Assembly: GCA_016839365.1 (NCBI GenBank)
Contig: JAEOUH010000010.1
Coordinates: forward strand, 1-57,405
DNA length: 57,405 nt
Source: Candidatus Hermodarchaeota archaeon
GTDB lineage: Archaea; Asgardarchaeota; Hermodarchaeia; Hermodarchaeales; Hermodarchaeaceae
Direction of reading: 5' to 3'
In this document: positions 19,197 to 28,202 of the stretch, piece by piece
How positions within the stretch are numbered: position 1 is the stretch's first letter
How the letters are laid out: each line of letters starts with the position of its first letter
The notes under the pieces: generated by a model
The model's input: only the letters and a program-made list of their open reading frames with translations
What the model was told of the DNA's origin: nothing
Databases searched by the model: none
Made by a program: the position numbers and the translations under genes

Positions 19197-19442
19197 GTGA
19201 CGCGATTCAAGTACTACACAATTTACCGATGCAAAAATTGTGGAGAACACATTCGGGTTCATGGCAAACTTGCGTCAAAACTCATTTTACCATCAGGCAT
19301 ACAAATGTGCTGCCATCGACCTCGGTTGGTTAGAGAACGGCACGTCCTGATTTCAGAATATAAGCAAGAAGATGTTGCCTCTGATGAGCAGCCTCCTGCA
19401 GAGAAAGGAACGCAGAAACGTTTGGCAGATTATTCAACCTGA
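19197..19442 (+). CDS. Small metal-binding protein (CxxC...CC, desulforedoxin-like) with C-terminal PIP-box-like motif
   Basis: YRCKNCG...MCCHRP; tail QKRLADY; fills the gap between the GNAT and MtrH genes. Confidence 0.65.
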   Translation: MTRFKYYTIYRCKNCGEHIRVHGKLASKLILPSGIQMCCHRPRLVRERHVLISEYKQEDVASDEQPPAEKGTQKRLADYST

Positions 19443-19461
19443 ACCCTATACCTACTTTATT

Positions 19462-20412
19462 TTAGAGCACCTTGTAGCGTGGATGAGTTCGTAATTTGGG
19501 AGTGGGAGCAGGATAGGCGCCATCTGGTGAGGTGTAGGCGAGAAGAGCATCAGTGGCAGAAGTGGCTGCGAAAAAGCGAGGAGCCCTACGAAGAGGACCA
19601 GCAAGAATAAAATCAGCCCCATGACATTGGAGATATGTGCAGAGTGCAGAGGCTAGATATCGTTTCGCTGCGGGAGAGATTTCTGAGGCGTGACGCCATA
19701 AAGCCACGCTATTTGCTGACCCAGCCCCGACTGGGAAGCCTAGCTCGTTTTTCACAAACTGCATAGCTGTGGCAGCAATGCTGAGACCCGCAAGGTCCAA
19801 GGCAACAGTATCAATCAGGATTTTTGAAATATGGGCAGTTTCCGCCTTTGCTAACAGACCCTCTTCTTCAGCGGTTCCTTTGAGGGCTTCAAGGCGACCT
19901 TGTGGACGAATATCTAAGGGATTATGGGCAAGGATAATGGCGGCTTCGATTTTTGCGGTTTTCAGGGCTTTAAGTTCCTCAATGGTTGTATGGTGACTAA
20001 TGGCATCATAGATCGCTAGTTGTGTTCTTCCGGTGTCCACAGCGGTGGTGACGCCCGCAAGTCGTGCTTCACGGGAGCTGCTATCAATGAGGAATGGCAG
20101 AGATGGAGCGCTTTTTGCCAAAAAGGTGAGATAATTGGTCATGGCCTCAGGTGTTTCGGCAAGTACATCAAGAATGAGGGGAGTGCCGGTTGTTTCAGTC
20201 AATTTCATGGCTCTGTTGAGGTACCGTTGCGCACGTTTACTGTCAAATAACCCACGAATAGAGTTGGTGACCAACCGGTCTCCCCGATGGAACATCGAGA
20301 GTATAAGAACTGTGGGATATTCACCGTGATATCCGCCTAAAATGACATCACCGATTTGTACAGTCCTAGGTTCAATAGGTTGTGGATTTTGAGTCAAGGA
20401 GCGTGCCTCCAT
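19462..20412 (-). CDS. mtrH: Tetrahydromethanopterin S-methyltransferase subunit H (MtrH/MtxH) family protein
   Basis: IGDVILGG..GEYPTVL..SMF..GD, PFLIDS, LIDT, G.PVG.G..N and GADFILAGP motifs. Confidence 0.85.
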   Translation of the reverse strand: MEARSLTQNPQPIEPRTVQIGDVILGGYHGEYPTVLILSMFHRGDRLVTNSIRGLFDSKRAQRYLNRAMKLTETTGTPLILDVLAETPEAMTNYLTFLAKSAPSLPFLIDSSSREARLAGVTTAVDTGRTQLAIYDAISHHTTIEELKALKTAKIEAAIILAHNPLDIRPQGRLEALKGTAEEEGLLAKAETAHISKILIDTVALDLAGLSIAATAMQFVKNELGFPVGAGSANSVALWRHASEISPAAKRYLASALCTYLQCHGADFILAGPLRRAPRFFAATSATDALLAYTSPDGAYPAPTPKLRTHPRYKVL

Positions 20413-20547
20413 TATGTATTCGAGGTCTATCTAAAAGGAGGTGGAGTGAGTTTTAAGTCTACTTCGAGGTGAATATCTAATGGTCGAACGCTTTTTAGGA
20501 TACTTGCACCCCAGCTTTGCCTTCCACGAACAGAGGAGCCATTGTGA

Positions 20548-21840
20548 TTGCTATCTGAAGACACTGCCACACCAAAATCCCGATTTTGGGGGCAAGTTTT
20601 GCTTCTTGCGACGGCTCAAGCGATACAGATGTTCGCTTACGGGGCCATTCTTCCCATTCTTCCCTTCTATCTCCACGAGTTTTATGCTGGCGCATTCGAA
20701 TATGGGATCCTAGTGGCCATGTTCTCGATATTTGCTTTTATTTCAGCCGGACCTCTAGGAAGTTTATCCGACCGGATAGGTAGGAAGCCCGTTATTCTCA
20801 TTTCACTTGTAGGATCCAGCATAGCCTTGGTGGTTTTTGGACTAGCAAACTCGTTACTTCTTCTATTCATTGCCCGAGCAGCTGAAGGCTTCTTTACCGC
20901 AGGATTATGGCCAGCTAGTGATGCTTTGGTCTCAGATATCGTTCCTCCAGAGAAACAAGGAACGGCATGGGGTACGCTGCTGGGTGGACGGACAACCGGA
21001 ATGATCTTTGGTCCCACCATGGGTGGGCTTCTTGCCTTTTATTTCGGTGTACGGATCCCCTTCTTAATTAACGCCGCTCTTGCAGTTGTCGCTCTCTTTC
21101 TCTGTTTGACATTCATCATCGAACCGCAACGCAACCAACATACCCTAGTTGCAGCAGAAATAACCGCTGAGAAACCCTCACTTTTCGAAAAACTCCAAGG
21201 TGGAATCAAGGCGTATCGAAGTGTTCTCGTAGTCGGCGGAATGGTGTTAGCCGTAGCCTTGATTATTCGATTCACTCGAATCTTTTCCATTGCCACAGTT
21301 GAACCTATGTTCGCGATTTTTGCATCAGATCCCCGCACCTTCGGATTTTCCCCCTTTGAACTGGGTGCCTTCTTTTTCTTTTTTGCGGGTTCAAATGCAA
21401 TAGGTCAGGTCATTTTTGGGCGGTTATCCGATAGTATTGGACATGAGAGCCCCATGGCAATTTCGGGGCTCGTGACAGCCTCAGGATTGTTTCTGTCGTT
21501 AATAGCAACAAGTCCTGGAGATCTTTACATGGTCGCCATATTGATAGGTGTGGGTGGGGCAATGGCCCTTCCTTCATCAACCGCTGAAGCGGCTAGTGCT
21601 GCGCCGCCGAATCAGCGAGGGCGTGTCATGGGTTTGTTGGGAATGGCAGGAAGCGCTGGGCGAGCCATCGGTCCGATATTGGGCGGATTCTTTTATGCAA
21701 GCATTCTTGCCCTGACTGATTCCCCCTATCAAGCAGCGTTTCCACCTTTGATGATTGCGGTCATTGCTAGTATCATTGGCACGATTGCGGTGCTGCCATT
21801 AATGTTGAAATCAAGAAAAGCCTCAAACACCGTTCAGTAA
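20548..21840 (+). CDS. MFS transporter (TetA/DHA1-like)
   Basis: ILPILP, GSLSDRIGRKP, FGPTMGG, GRLSD; ~12 TM. Confidence 0.92.
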   Translation: MLSEDTATPKSRFWGQVLLLATAQAIQMFAYGAILPILPFYLHEFYAGAFEYGILVAMFSIFAFISAGPLGSLSDRIGRKPVILISLVGSSIALVVFGLANSLLLLFIARAAEGFFTAGLWPASDALVSDIVPPEKQGTAWGTLLGGRTTGMIFGPTMGGLLAFYFGVRIPFLINAALAVVALFLCLTFIIEPQRNQHTLVAAEITAEKPSLFEKLQGGIKAYRSVLVVGGMVLAVALIIRFTRIFSIATVEPMFAIFASDPRTFGFSPFELGAFFFFFAGSNAIGQVIFGRLSDSIGHESPMAISGLVTASGLFLSLIATSPGDLYMVAILIGVGGAMALPSSTAEAASAAPPNQRGRVMGLLGMAGSAGRAIGPILGGFFYASILALTDSPYQAAFPPLMIAVIASIIGTIAVLPLMLKSRKASNTVQ

Positions 21841-21908
21841 GGGTTAGATCCACTAGATGTTGAACATTTTTAGGGAAGTTCATTTCCGGAGTGGGGCGGT
21901 GTAAACTT

Positions 21909-22460
21909 ATGAATGGTTGGGACCATGTGTTCTTGACTACCGTCGGCTTCATGGTTGTTTGGTTGATTATTGGATGGATTGTTCCCTTGATGGGGTGGGT
22001 TTTCCCCTTCGGTCTAAGCCTCTGGTTATTTCTGGTTGCTTGGGTCGGGGGGATTTTTCCAGATTTCGATACGCATTGGAAACCACTCCTTGGACACCGT
22101 TCAATCGTGACCCACAGCATCTTTGCCCCTCTCTTAATTGTTGGTATTTCCGCCACCCCTGTCTTTCTACTAGGTTGGTGGACCCCGATTGACCGCTATC
22201 TCATCATGGTGTTCTTGCTTGCTGTTGCAGGTCATTTCTTTCTTGACCTGGCGCCTAGTACGCGGTCCGTGCTTAACCGTTTCATGAAAAATCCATTTGA
22301 GGCTCTCGTGTACATAGAAAAGGGAATGAAAGCTCCACCTGGGAATATAACCTATGTTCCAAAGCAGTATGAGCGAGCCTGGCTCATTGGAAATGGGCTA
22401 ACTTTGGTTGTGATAGTTGTGTTATTGCAGCTTATCATCTTCCCGTTGTTCGGGCTTTAA
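21909..22460 (+). CDS. Membrane-bound metal-dependent hydrolase (YdjM-like)
   Basis: H...PDFD...GHRSIVTHS...HFFLD pattern with TM helices. Confidence 0.8.
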   Translation: MNGWDHVFLTTVGFMVVWLIIGWIVPLMGWVFPFGLSLWLFLVAWVGGIFPDFDTHWKPLLGHRSIVTHSIFAPLLIVGISATPVFLLGWWTPIDRYLIMVFLLAVAGHFFLDLAPSTRSVLNRFMKNPFEALVYIEKGMKAPPGNITYVPKQYERAWLIGNGLTLVVIVVLLQLIIFPLFGL

Positions 22461-23646
22461 TAACCTTAGCTAGCATCTCCATGATATCCAAGATTTGCAG
22501 CGTTTGCCCATGTGATGGAAGAGTCGCGGTGAAGTGACGTTTGCAGTTAGGGCAAGCAGACAATAGGTATTCGGCGGAAGTGTCAGCTGTAGCCGCAAGG
22601 CGGCGTTGGGTGATTTTCTCGGTGAGTACAGAGAAGGTTTTTGGCAAGGCCCCTCCACCTCCACAGCAGTCAGCGTATTCCTTATGATGTAAAAATTCTA
22701 ACAACTGACTATTAGGGATGAGTCTTAGCAGCTGACGGGGTTGCTCGTATACCCCAAGTTCCCGTCCTAGATGGCATGGATCATGGTATACGAAAGATGT
22801 TGGGGCAGATTCTGCTACCGCGTTAAGCATTGGAACTAACTGTTTTTGATGTTTGATGAGAAACTCGGTGATGTGATATACACGAACCTTCTTTGGGAGC
22901 GAGAGGCCCAACCGAGGGTAATCATCTCGAAATGCCCGGGCACAGCCAGGACAGGTTGTGAGAACTGTTTTGGCATTGGATTCTACAATAGCTTGGATGT
23001 TTTGCTCAGCTAGGGTTTTCGCTGTCTTAGTGAAACCCGCGCGCATGAGTGGGGACCCGCAGCACACCTCTCCTTCTGGTCCTGAGAGGAACTTGTGTTC
23101 AATATCTAATGCTAGGAGGACTTGTTGCGTAGCTTGAGCGATTTCAGGGTGACGGTAGGCAGTTGTGCATCCCACATAATAAGCGATGTCCGCATTTTTT
23201 GTAGTGTGTGTAAGCGCTTTCTCCAGCTTCGCAAACCTCGTTTCATGTGATTCTCCATAGACATTAGAGGATGCTGTTACGTTTTCATCCAATTCAAGGA
23301 CTCCCATGGGAGCCCGGTTTTCTTTAACCACTCTCGCCCTAGCTAGTTCAATGATATAAGGAAGCTCATGTCGAGGTTTACACCAGGCCTTACAAGCCCC
23401 ACAGAGATTGCACTGGTACAGGCGGTCAACAGCAGCTTCGGTGAGGGCACTCTTTTTCCCTCGATACAATTCGATAATCAGAGCGCGACCGATGGGGCTA
23501 CACGCGTCTGAGCCGGTGATTAGGTGGGTAGGGCAGGAATGGCGGCACATGCGGTTACATAGGCTGCAAAGGCGACTGATTTTGGCGTAATCGTCTAGCG
23601 ATGAGGGGAGATGCTGAGGTCTAGGTGCTGTCAATGGTGTTTTCAC
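22435..23646 (-). CDS. Fe-S oxidoreductase with two CCG domains (GlpC/HdrD-like)
   Basis: CSLCNRMCRHSCP, CNLCGACKAWC, GC, CCG, CPGC, HDPCHLGR, CCGGGG, ACPNC. Confidence 0.92.
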   Translation of the reverse strand: MKTPLTAPRPQHLPSSLDDYAKISRLCSLCNRMCRHSCPTHLITGSDACSPIGRALIIELYRGKKSALTEAAVDRLYQCNLCGACKAWCKPRHELPYIIELARARVVKENRAPMGVLELDENVTASSNVYGESHETRFAKLEKALTHTTKNADIAYYVGCTTAYRHPEIAQATQQVLLALDIEHKFLSGPEGEVCCGSPLMRAGFTKTAKTLAEQNIQAIVESNAKTVLTTCPGCARAFRDDYPRLGLSLPKKVRVYHITEFLIKHQKQLVPMLNAVAESAPTSFVYHDPCHLGRELGVYEQPRQLLRLIPNSQLLEFLHHKEYADCCGGGGALPKTFSVLTEKITQRRLAATADTSAEYLLSACPNCKRHFTATLPSHGQTLQILDIMEMLAKVIKARTTGR

Positions 23647-25109
23647 TCCTTTCTTGGTGTGGTCGATTTCTCTCCGAGTCCAAGTTTTCCAGGATTCAAA
23701 ATGTTGTTGGGGTCAAGATGCGCTTTGATGGCTTTGAGGAGGGCGAAACCGGATGGTCCGTGTTCGATGGGCATCCATGGAGCCTTGAGTAGACCTACAC
23801 CGTGTTGGTGGCTGAGGGTGCCTCCCGCTTGATGGGCGGCTTCGAGTCCAACTTGCCAAACCTCTTCGTATTTGGTTTCAACCTCTTCGGGTGTTCTTGC
23901 ATGCCCGATGAAGATGACATAGATATTCCCTCCATCTGGATAGAAGTGAGAGAAGTGACTCATAGTGCTGACTCCCGTGGCTTCAATGGCTTCGCGCATA
24001 GCCCAGTACATTTTTTCAAGATTGGCGTAATTAGCTGCGACATCCAATACATCATAGAGCATACCTGGACCCATATTCAGACTTGAAGGGTAATAGAGAT
24101 CGAATCGGTTTTCCCACCAGTGCTTTGAAGGCCCAGGTCCCAGATTTTCGCCTCCTTCATCAATACAAACCCGTTTGATAGTGCGAGATTCAAGCCTGAC
24201 GAGTTCTTTGGTGGCACTGTACATTAGATTGAGGGCACAGGCATCCTTCGGTGGCGACTTGAAGCGCCCTAACACAAATCGGGTTTCGTTCTCATCATAA
24301 AGTCGTATAAGTGCGGGTTTCAGATCATGGCGAAAAATTTGTTTTACCGCGGCCATTCCTGAGGTGAGATCAGGAAAAAGATATGACGCAAACTGGGTGG
24401 CTTGGGATTGCGGTGCAACACGTAAAGTGATTTCGGTGATGATGCCAAAGGCGCCTTCGGATCCAATGAAAAGGTGTTTCAGATCTGGTCCCATGGACGA
24501 ACGTGGAACAGCTTTTGTTCGGAGTAATTCACTAGTTGGCAGAACGACTTCTAGCCCGGTAATCACGTCTTCAATCTTCCCATACTTAGAAGAGAGAACC
24601 CCAGCTGAGCGGGTAGCGGCAAACCCCCCGTAGGCGGAGCTGTAGATCGAAGATGGGAAATGCCCAGAAGTGTATCCCCGGGCCTGAAGATATTCTTCCA
24701 GTTCTTGACCAAGGATACCTGGTTGAACGGTGACGGTTAATGAGTTAGTATCAAATTGGAGGACCCTATTCATTTTTTTAAGATCGATTACGATGCCACC
24801 AGTTATAGCAAGTGTACCTCCTGCAACTCCACCTGCTCCCGAGACCGGGATTAACGGTATTCTTTCTTGATTTGCCAGCAGGACGATTTTCTGTATCTGC
24901 TCAACGGTTTGTGGCCAAACGATTAGATCCGGTTGGGATTCAAGCACTAAGCGCCCCAGGCGGATTAGCCTTAGGGGCCAAGCATCCCGTGAATAGCAGA
25001 TTCTATCTACCTCTGCGGCAGATACGTTTTCCTTTCCTAGCCACACTTCGAGTTGTCGTTTCACACGATTGACATTGAATGCTATGGACGACTTGGACAC
25101 ACTAACCAC
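23643..25109 (-). CDS. FAD-binding oxidoreductase (VAO/GlcD fold; alkyl-DHAP-synthase-like)
   Basis: GHFPSS, ATRSAG..S.KYGKIED, PRSSMGPDL, GSEG.FGIIT, RLYD, SHFSH.Y, SHQHGVG, DPNNILNPGK; overlaps the start of the CCG gene. Confidence 0.9.
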   Translation of the reverse strand: MVSVSKSSIAFNVNRVKRQLEVWLGKENVSAAEVDRICYSRDAWPLRLIRLGRLVLESQPDLIVWPQTVEQIQKIVLLANQERIPLIPVSGAGGVAGGTLAITGGIVIDLKKMNRVLQFDTNSLTVTVQPGILGQELEEYLQARGYTSGHFPSSIYSSAYGGFAATRSAGVLSSKYGKIEDVITGLEVVLPTSELLRTKAVPRSSMGPDLKHLFIGSEGAFGIITEITLRVAPQSQATQFASYLFPDLTSGMAAVKQIFRHDLKPALIRLYDENETRFVLGRFKSPPKDACALNLMYSATKELVRLESRTIKRVCIDEGGENLGPGPSKHWWENRFDLYYPSSLNMGPGMLYDVLDVAANYANLEKMYWAMREAIEATGVSTMSHFSHFYPDGGNIYVIFIGHARTPEEVETKYEEVWQVGLEAAHQAGGTLSHQHGVGLLKAPWMPIEHGPSGFALLKAIKAHLDPNNILNPGKLGLGEKSTTPRKE

Positions 25110-25263
25110 CTACGCTTCCTTAATCCCAATGAAACAGGTTATAGTAGGTTTCTATTCATAAAAGGCACCTTGACCAACCAAAACTCCGTTGTGATGATGA
25201 AGGAGTAAGGCTTAGAACCAGAAAGTACGGAGATACTTCAACTCCTAAACTTGGGCTGAAAAG

Positions 25264-25449
25264 ATGGTTGTACTCTCTCCTCTAGCAGCAATCCTCACCA
25301 TCGTCGGAATCTTATTAATCCTTGCGAGTTGGACTTACCTTTATTAATAGGCACACGGGGACCCCAAAACTGCACTGGTTCACTTCCTTGAGAAAGGACT
25401 GCTTTTCATCGGACTTGCGATGATAATAATCGCGATTGTATTTCTATAA
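25264..25449 (+). pseudogene. Small two-TM protein gene interrupted by in-frame TAA TAG
   Basis: MVVLSPLAAILTIVGILLILASWTYLY**AHGDPKTALVHFLEKGLLFIGLAMIIIAIVFL*; stops at 25345-25350. Confidence 0.5.
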
Positions 25450-25517
25450 GTGCAACAAATCACGTTTCACTAGACTCGGAGTCGGCTGAGTTTTTTTTGC
25501 CATTATGAGTGGATATG

Positions 25518-26270
25518 CTAAATCGGCTCAGCAACAAAGATTGCACGATCAGATTCTGGCGTCCAAGGTTTCCGAGTGAAAGTTGAATAGAGGGTTTCAA
25601 CTTGAAAGAGAGATTCAGCCAACAGAAATTTGACGTCTTCAACGGTTAATAAAGCAAGTTGAGACCAATCATAGAAAGTATCAGTGATTCGCCCATCTTC
25701 TGTATGAACATCGAATCGCAGCACCGTATCAATAAGCTTCTCAGATTCCTGGACTCGTGTGGAAATGGATCGGGTAACGGCACCACCTTCTGGTAATGAT
25801 ACTGTTTCTAACCGGCGCCAAGTGCCGCTAGTATCAGATTCGCCCACCCAGATATCAAAGACAAAGGACCCCTCTTTATGCAGATGCGCTTTGACACTGC
25901 GTAGACAGCCCAACTGGTGTTTCCGCGTATTGAGGCATTGGAAACTACCAGAAGGAACATAGACAATTCGAAATTCTTGATCCAGCTGAAAATCACTCAT
26001 ATCCCCTGCGATGAAAAGGAGGCGACGGGCGATTTCAGGAGGGGCTTTTTGGAGTTTCTTTCGTGCTTCTTGTAGCATCTCTCGTGATTGCTCAAGGCCC
26101 ACCACAGTGATGCCATCTTCGGCTAGCGCAAAGGCGAAAGTCCCTGTTCCAACTCCCAGCTCCAGTGCGGGAGACCCCGCTTCTTGTGCTAGGTTTCGGT
26201 AGAAGGCTAGTTCCTCCTCTTTTCCCAATGCAAACAGGTCATAAAACTGTGCACTCGCTCGATACGCCAT
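25518..26270 (-). CDS. Class I SAM-dependent methyltransferase
   Basis: LELGVGTG motif I, GLEQS..ML, GDM, HL..EG.F.FD; likely start MAYRASA. Confidence 0.9.
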   Translation of the reverse strand: MAYRASAQFYDLFALGKEEELAFYRNLAQEAGSPALELGVGTGTFAFALAEDGITVVGLEQSREMLQEARKKLQKAPPEIARRLLFIAGDMSDFQLDQEFRIVYVPSGSFQCLNTRKHQLGCLRSVKAHLHKEGSFVFDIWVGESDTSGTWRRLETVSLPEGGAVTRSISTRVQESEKLIDTVLRFDVHTEDGRITDTFYDWSQLALLTVEDVKFLLAESLFQVETLYSTFTRKPWTPESDRAIFVAEPI

Positions 26271-26384
26271 ACAAACCCACCACACTCAAGTGAGTAGGTT
26301 TGCATGTTTTTGAGGGTTTTTGTCACTAGTCCAATAGCACATTTTCACCTAAGCACTCAAATCTCTACCACCTTACGGAAGATA

Positions 26385-27155
26385 ATGACGATGTTTGAAA
26401 CCGCTCTCTCGATGGCGCAGCACCACGGAACACGATGTCCAACCGGCGTCCTCCTTCTGGATGAGCTCTTAGGAGGCGGTTATGAAGGCGGGCTCAGCCA
26501 TCTCCTTTATGGAAGCCCCGACTGCACTAAGTTGTTACAACAATCCATTGCCACCGCACTCCTCCATTACGGCCCCCACAGAAGTGTTGCCGTAATTGAT
26601 GCAAACAATGGAATCCGGCCAGACACAATCCTCAATCACCTGCGGGCAGCCTCTGTACCCTCACCGCCTGACAGCCATCTACAACGCCTTAACGTGGCAC
26701 GTGCCTTCACCACTGACCAGTTGCTCTCACTCCTCAATGAGGCCCCTGACACTATTCGCGAACTACACGCGCCGATCCTCTTTGTCAACGGTCTCATGCA
26801 CCTTCTCCAAGAAGAAGAAGATATACCTCAACCTCCAGCACCTGGCGCTCCAATTGACCCCCGGGTCTTCCGTCGAGGCCAACTCGCTTCGCACTTGAAA
26901 CAACTTGCCTTCACTCAACAGGTGGCCGTCATCGTCAGCGCGGATGCGCCGAAACGAGCCACAAAACCGCCACTGCGAATTGGTCAAGCCGCACGTCACC
27001 GGTTTCATGTCCTCATACAGCATACCCATCAAGACCTAGTGGAAACCTTCACGTTAGAAAAACATCCCAGCCGTCCATGGATGCAGAGAAGTACGGTGAC
27101 ATCCCACCCCCGTCGTCGTCTCAGCTCCTACCAGACAACCCTCTTCGCCGAATAA
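26385..27155 (+). CDS. RecA/RadA-fold protein with degenerate Walker A (probably ATPase-inactive)
   Basis: PTGVLLLDELLGGG, LLYGSPDCTK in place of GxxxxGKT, VIDANN, VARAFT; C-terminal QTTLF. Confidence 0.8.
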   Translation: MTMFETALSMAQHHGTRCPTGVLLLDELLGGGYEGGLSHLLYGSPDCTKLLQQSIATALLHYGPHRSVAVIDANNGIRPDTILNHLRAASVPSPPDSHLQRLNVARAFTTDQLLSLLNEAPDTIRELHAPILFVNGLMHLLQEEEDIPQPPAPGAPIDPRVFRRGQLASHLKQLAFTQQVAVIVSADAPKRATKPPLRIGQAARHRFHVLIQHTHQDLVETFTLEKHPSRPWMQRSTVTSHPRRRLSSYQTTLFAE

Positions 27156-27257
27156 CACCAAGTCCACGAACCTTCTTTCAAGCCAATGATAGTTGACGAA
27201 TACATTCATTTTTAGCTCTTCAAGTGAAGGAGGGCTTCTCTGAATAGGAGCCACTGA

Positions 27258-28190
27258 TTGATGAAGTTCACCACCCTCAAATACTATATTTTGCTGATTC
27301 TCGCGATGATATTTTGGGGGGGTAGCTGGGTATCAGCCCAAGTTGTTGTCTCGGTAGCACCACCCTTTACGGTAGGTTTCTTTCGGTTTCTGACCGCCAG
27401 CCTCATCCTTCTCCCGTTGCTGCTGGCTAGCCAACGCAAATCCGTCCGCAGTTATTCTCGCCGTGATCTTGCGCTCTTTTTTGTTCTTGGTTTAATCGGT
27501 GTCTTTGGGTATGGCATCCTTTTCTTGATTGGGATGCAGTTTACCACTGCTGCCCAAGGATCCATCATCGCCGGCATTAATCCAGTGACAGTTAGCCTAT
27601 TGGCGTTTCTCATCCTCCAAGAAAGATTAGCACCAAAATGGCGTTACATCGGGTTTCTGTTCAGTTTCTTAGGCATTGTTTTTGTTGTAGGCATTCAGGC
27701 ATTCTTGGATTTTCAACTTGAGTATCTCATTGGCAACCTGATTCTAATCTGTGCGATGTTCACATGGGGTTTGTACTCCATCCTCGGAAAATCTCTAATG
27801 AAGAGCCGATCTTCTCTCGAAACGACAGGGATGGGCATTTTCTTTGGTACCTTACTCTTTTTCATTGGAGCAGTATTTGAACAATTTTGGATTCTACCGT
27901 TGATGTATGACCCTATCTTTTGGCTCAACATCCTGTATATGGGCATCTTTGTAACAGTTTTTGGATTTCTCTTCTATTTTCTTGGCATCAAGAACATAGG
28001 AGCAAGTAAATCCGCTGTATTCATTTCACTTGTCCCTGTGTTTGGTACGCTGTTCTCTTTCTTATTACTGAATGAACCAATTTACCTTACTTTTATTATT
28101 GGTTTAGTTCTGGTCATTTTAGGCATCCTATCAATTAATTATCCTCGAAAAAGCCGCTTCGCAGAAGCTGATATAACCTTAGAATCCTAA
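27258..28190 (+). CDS. DMT/EamA family transporter
   Basis: FWGGSW, FFRF, ILQER, LVPVFG..FS.LLLNE; 10 TM. Confidence 0.92.
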   Translation: MMKFTTLKYYILLILAMIFWGGSWVSAQVVVSVAPPFTVGFFRFLTASLILLPLLLASQRKSVRSYSRRDLALFFVLGLIGVFGYGILFLIGMQFTTAAQGSIIAGINPVTVSLLAFLILQERLAPKWRYIGFLFSFLGIVFVVGIQAFLDFQLEYLIGNLILICAMFTWGLYSILGKSLMKSRSSLETTGMGIFFGTLLFFIGAVFEQFWILPLMYDPIFWLNILYMGIFVTVFGFLFYFLGIKNIGASKSAVFISLVPVFGTLFSFLLLNEPIYLTFIIGLVLVILGILSINYPRKSRFAEADITLES

Positions 28191-28202
28191 TGGCCTTGAT
28201 TA

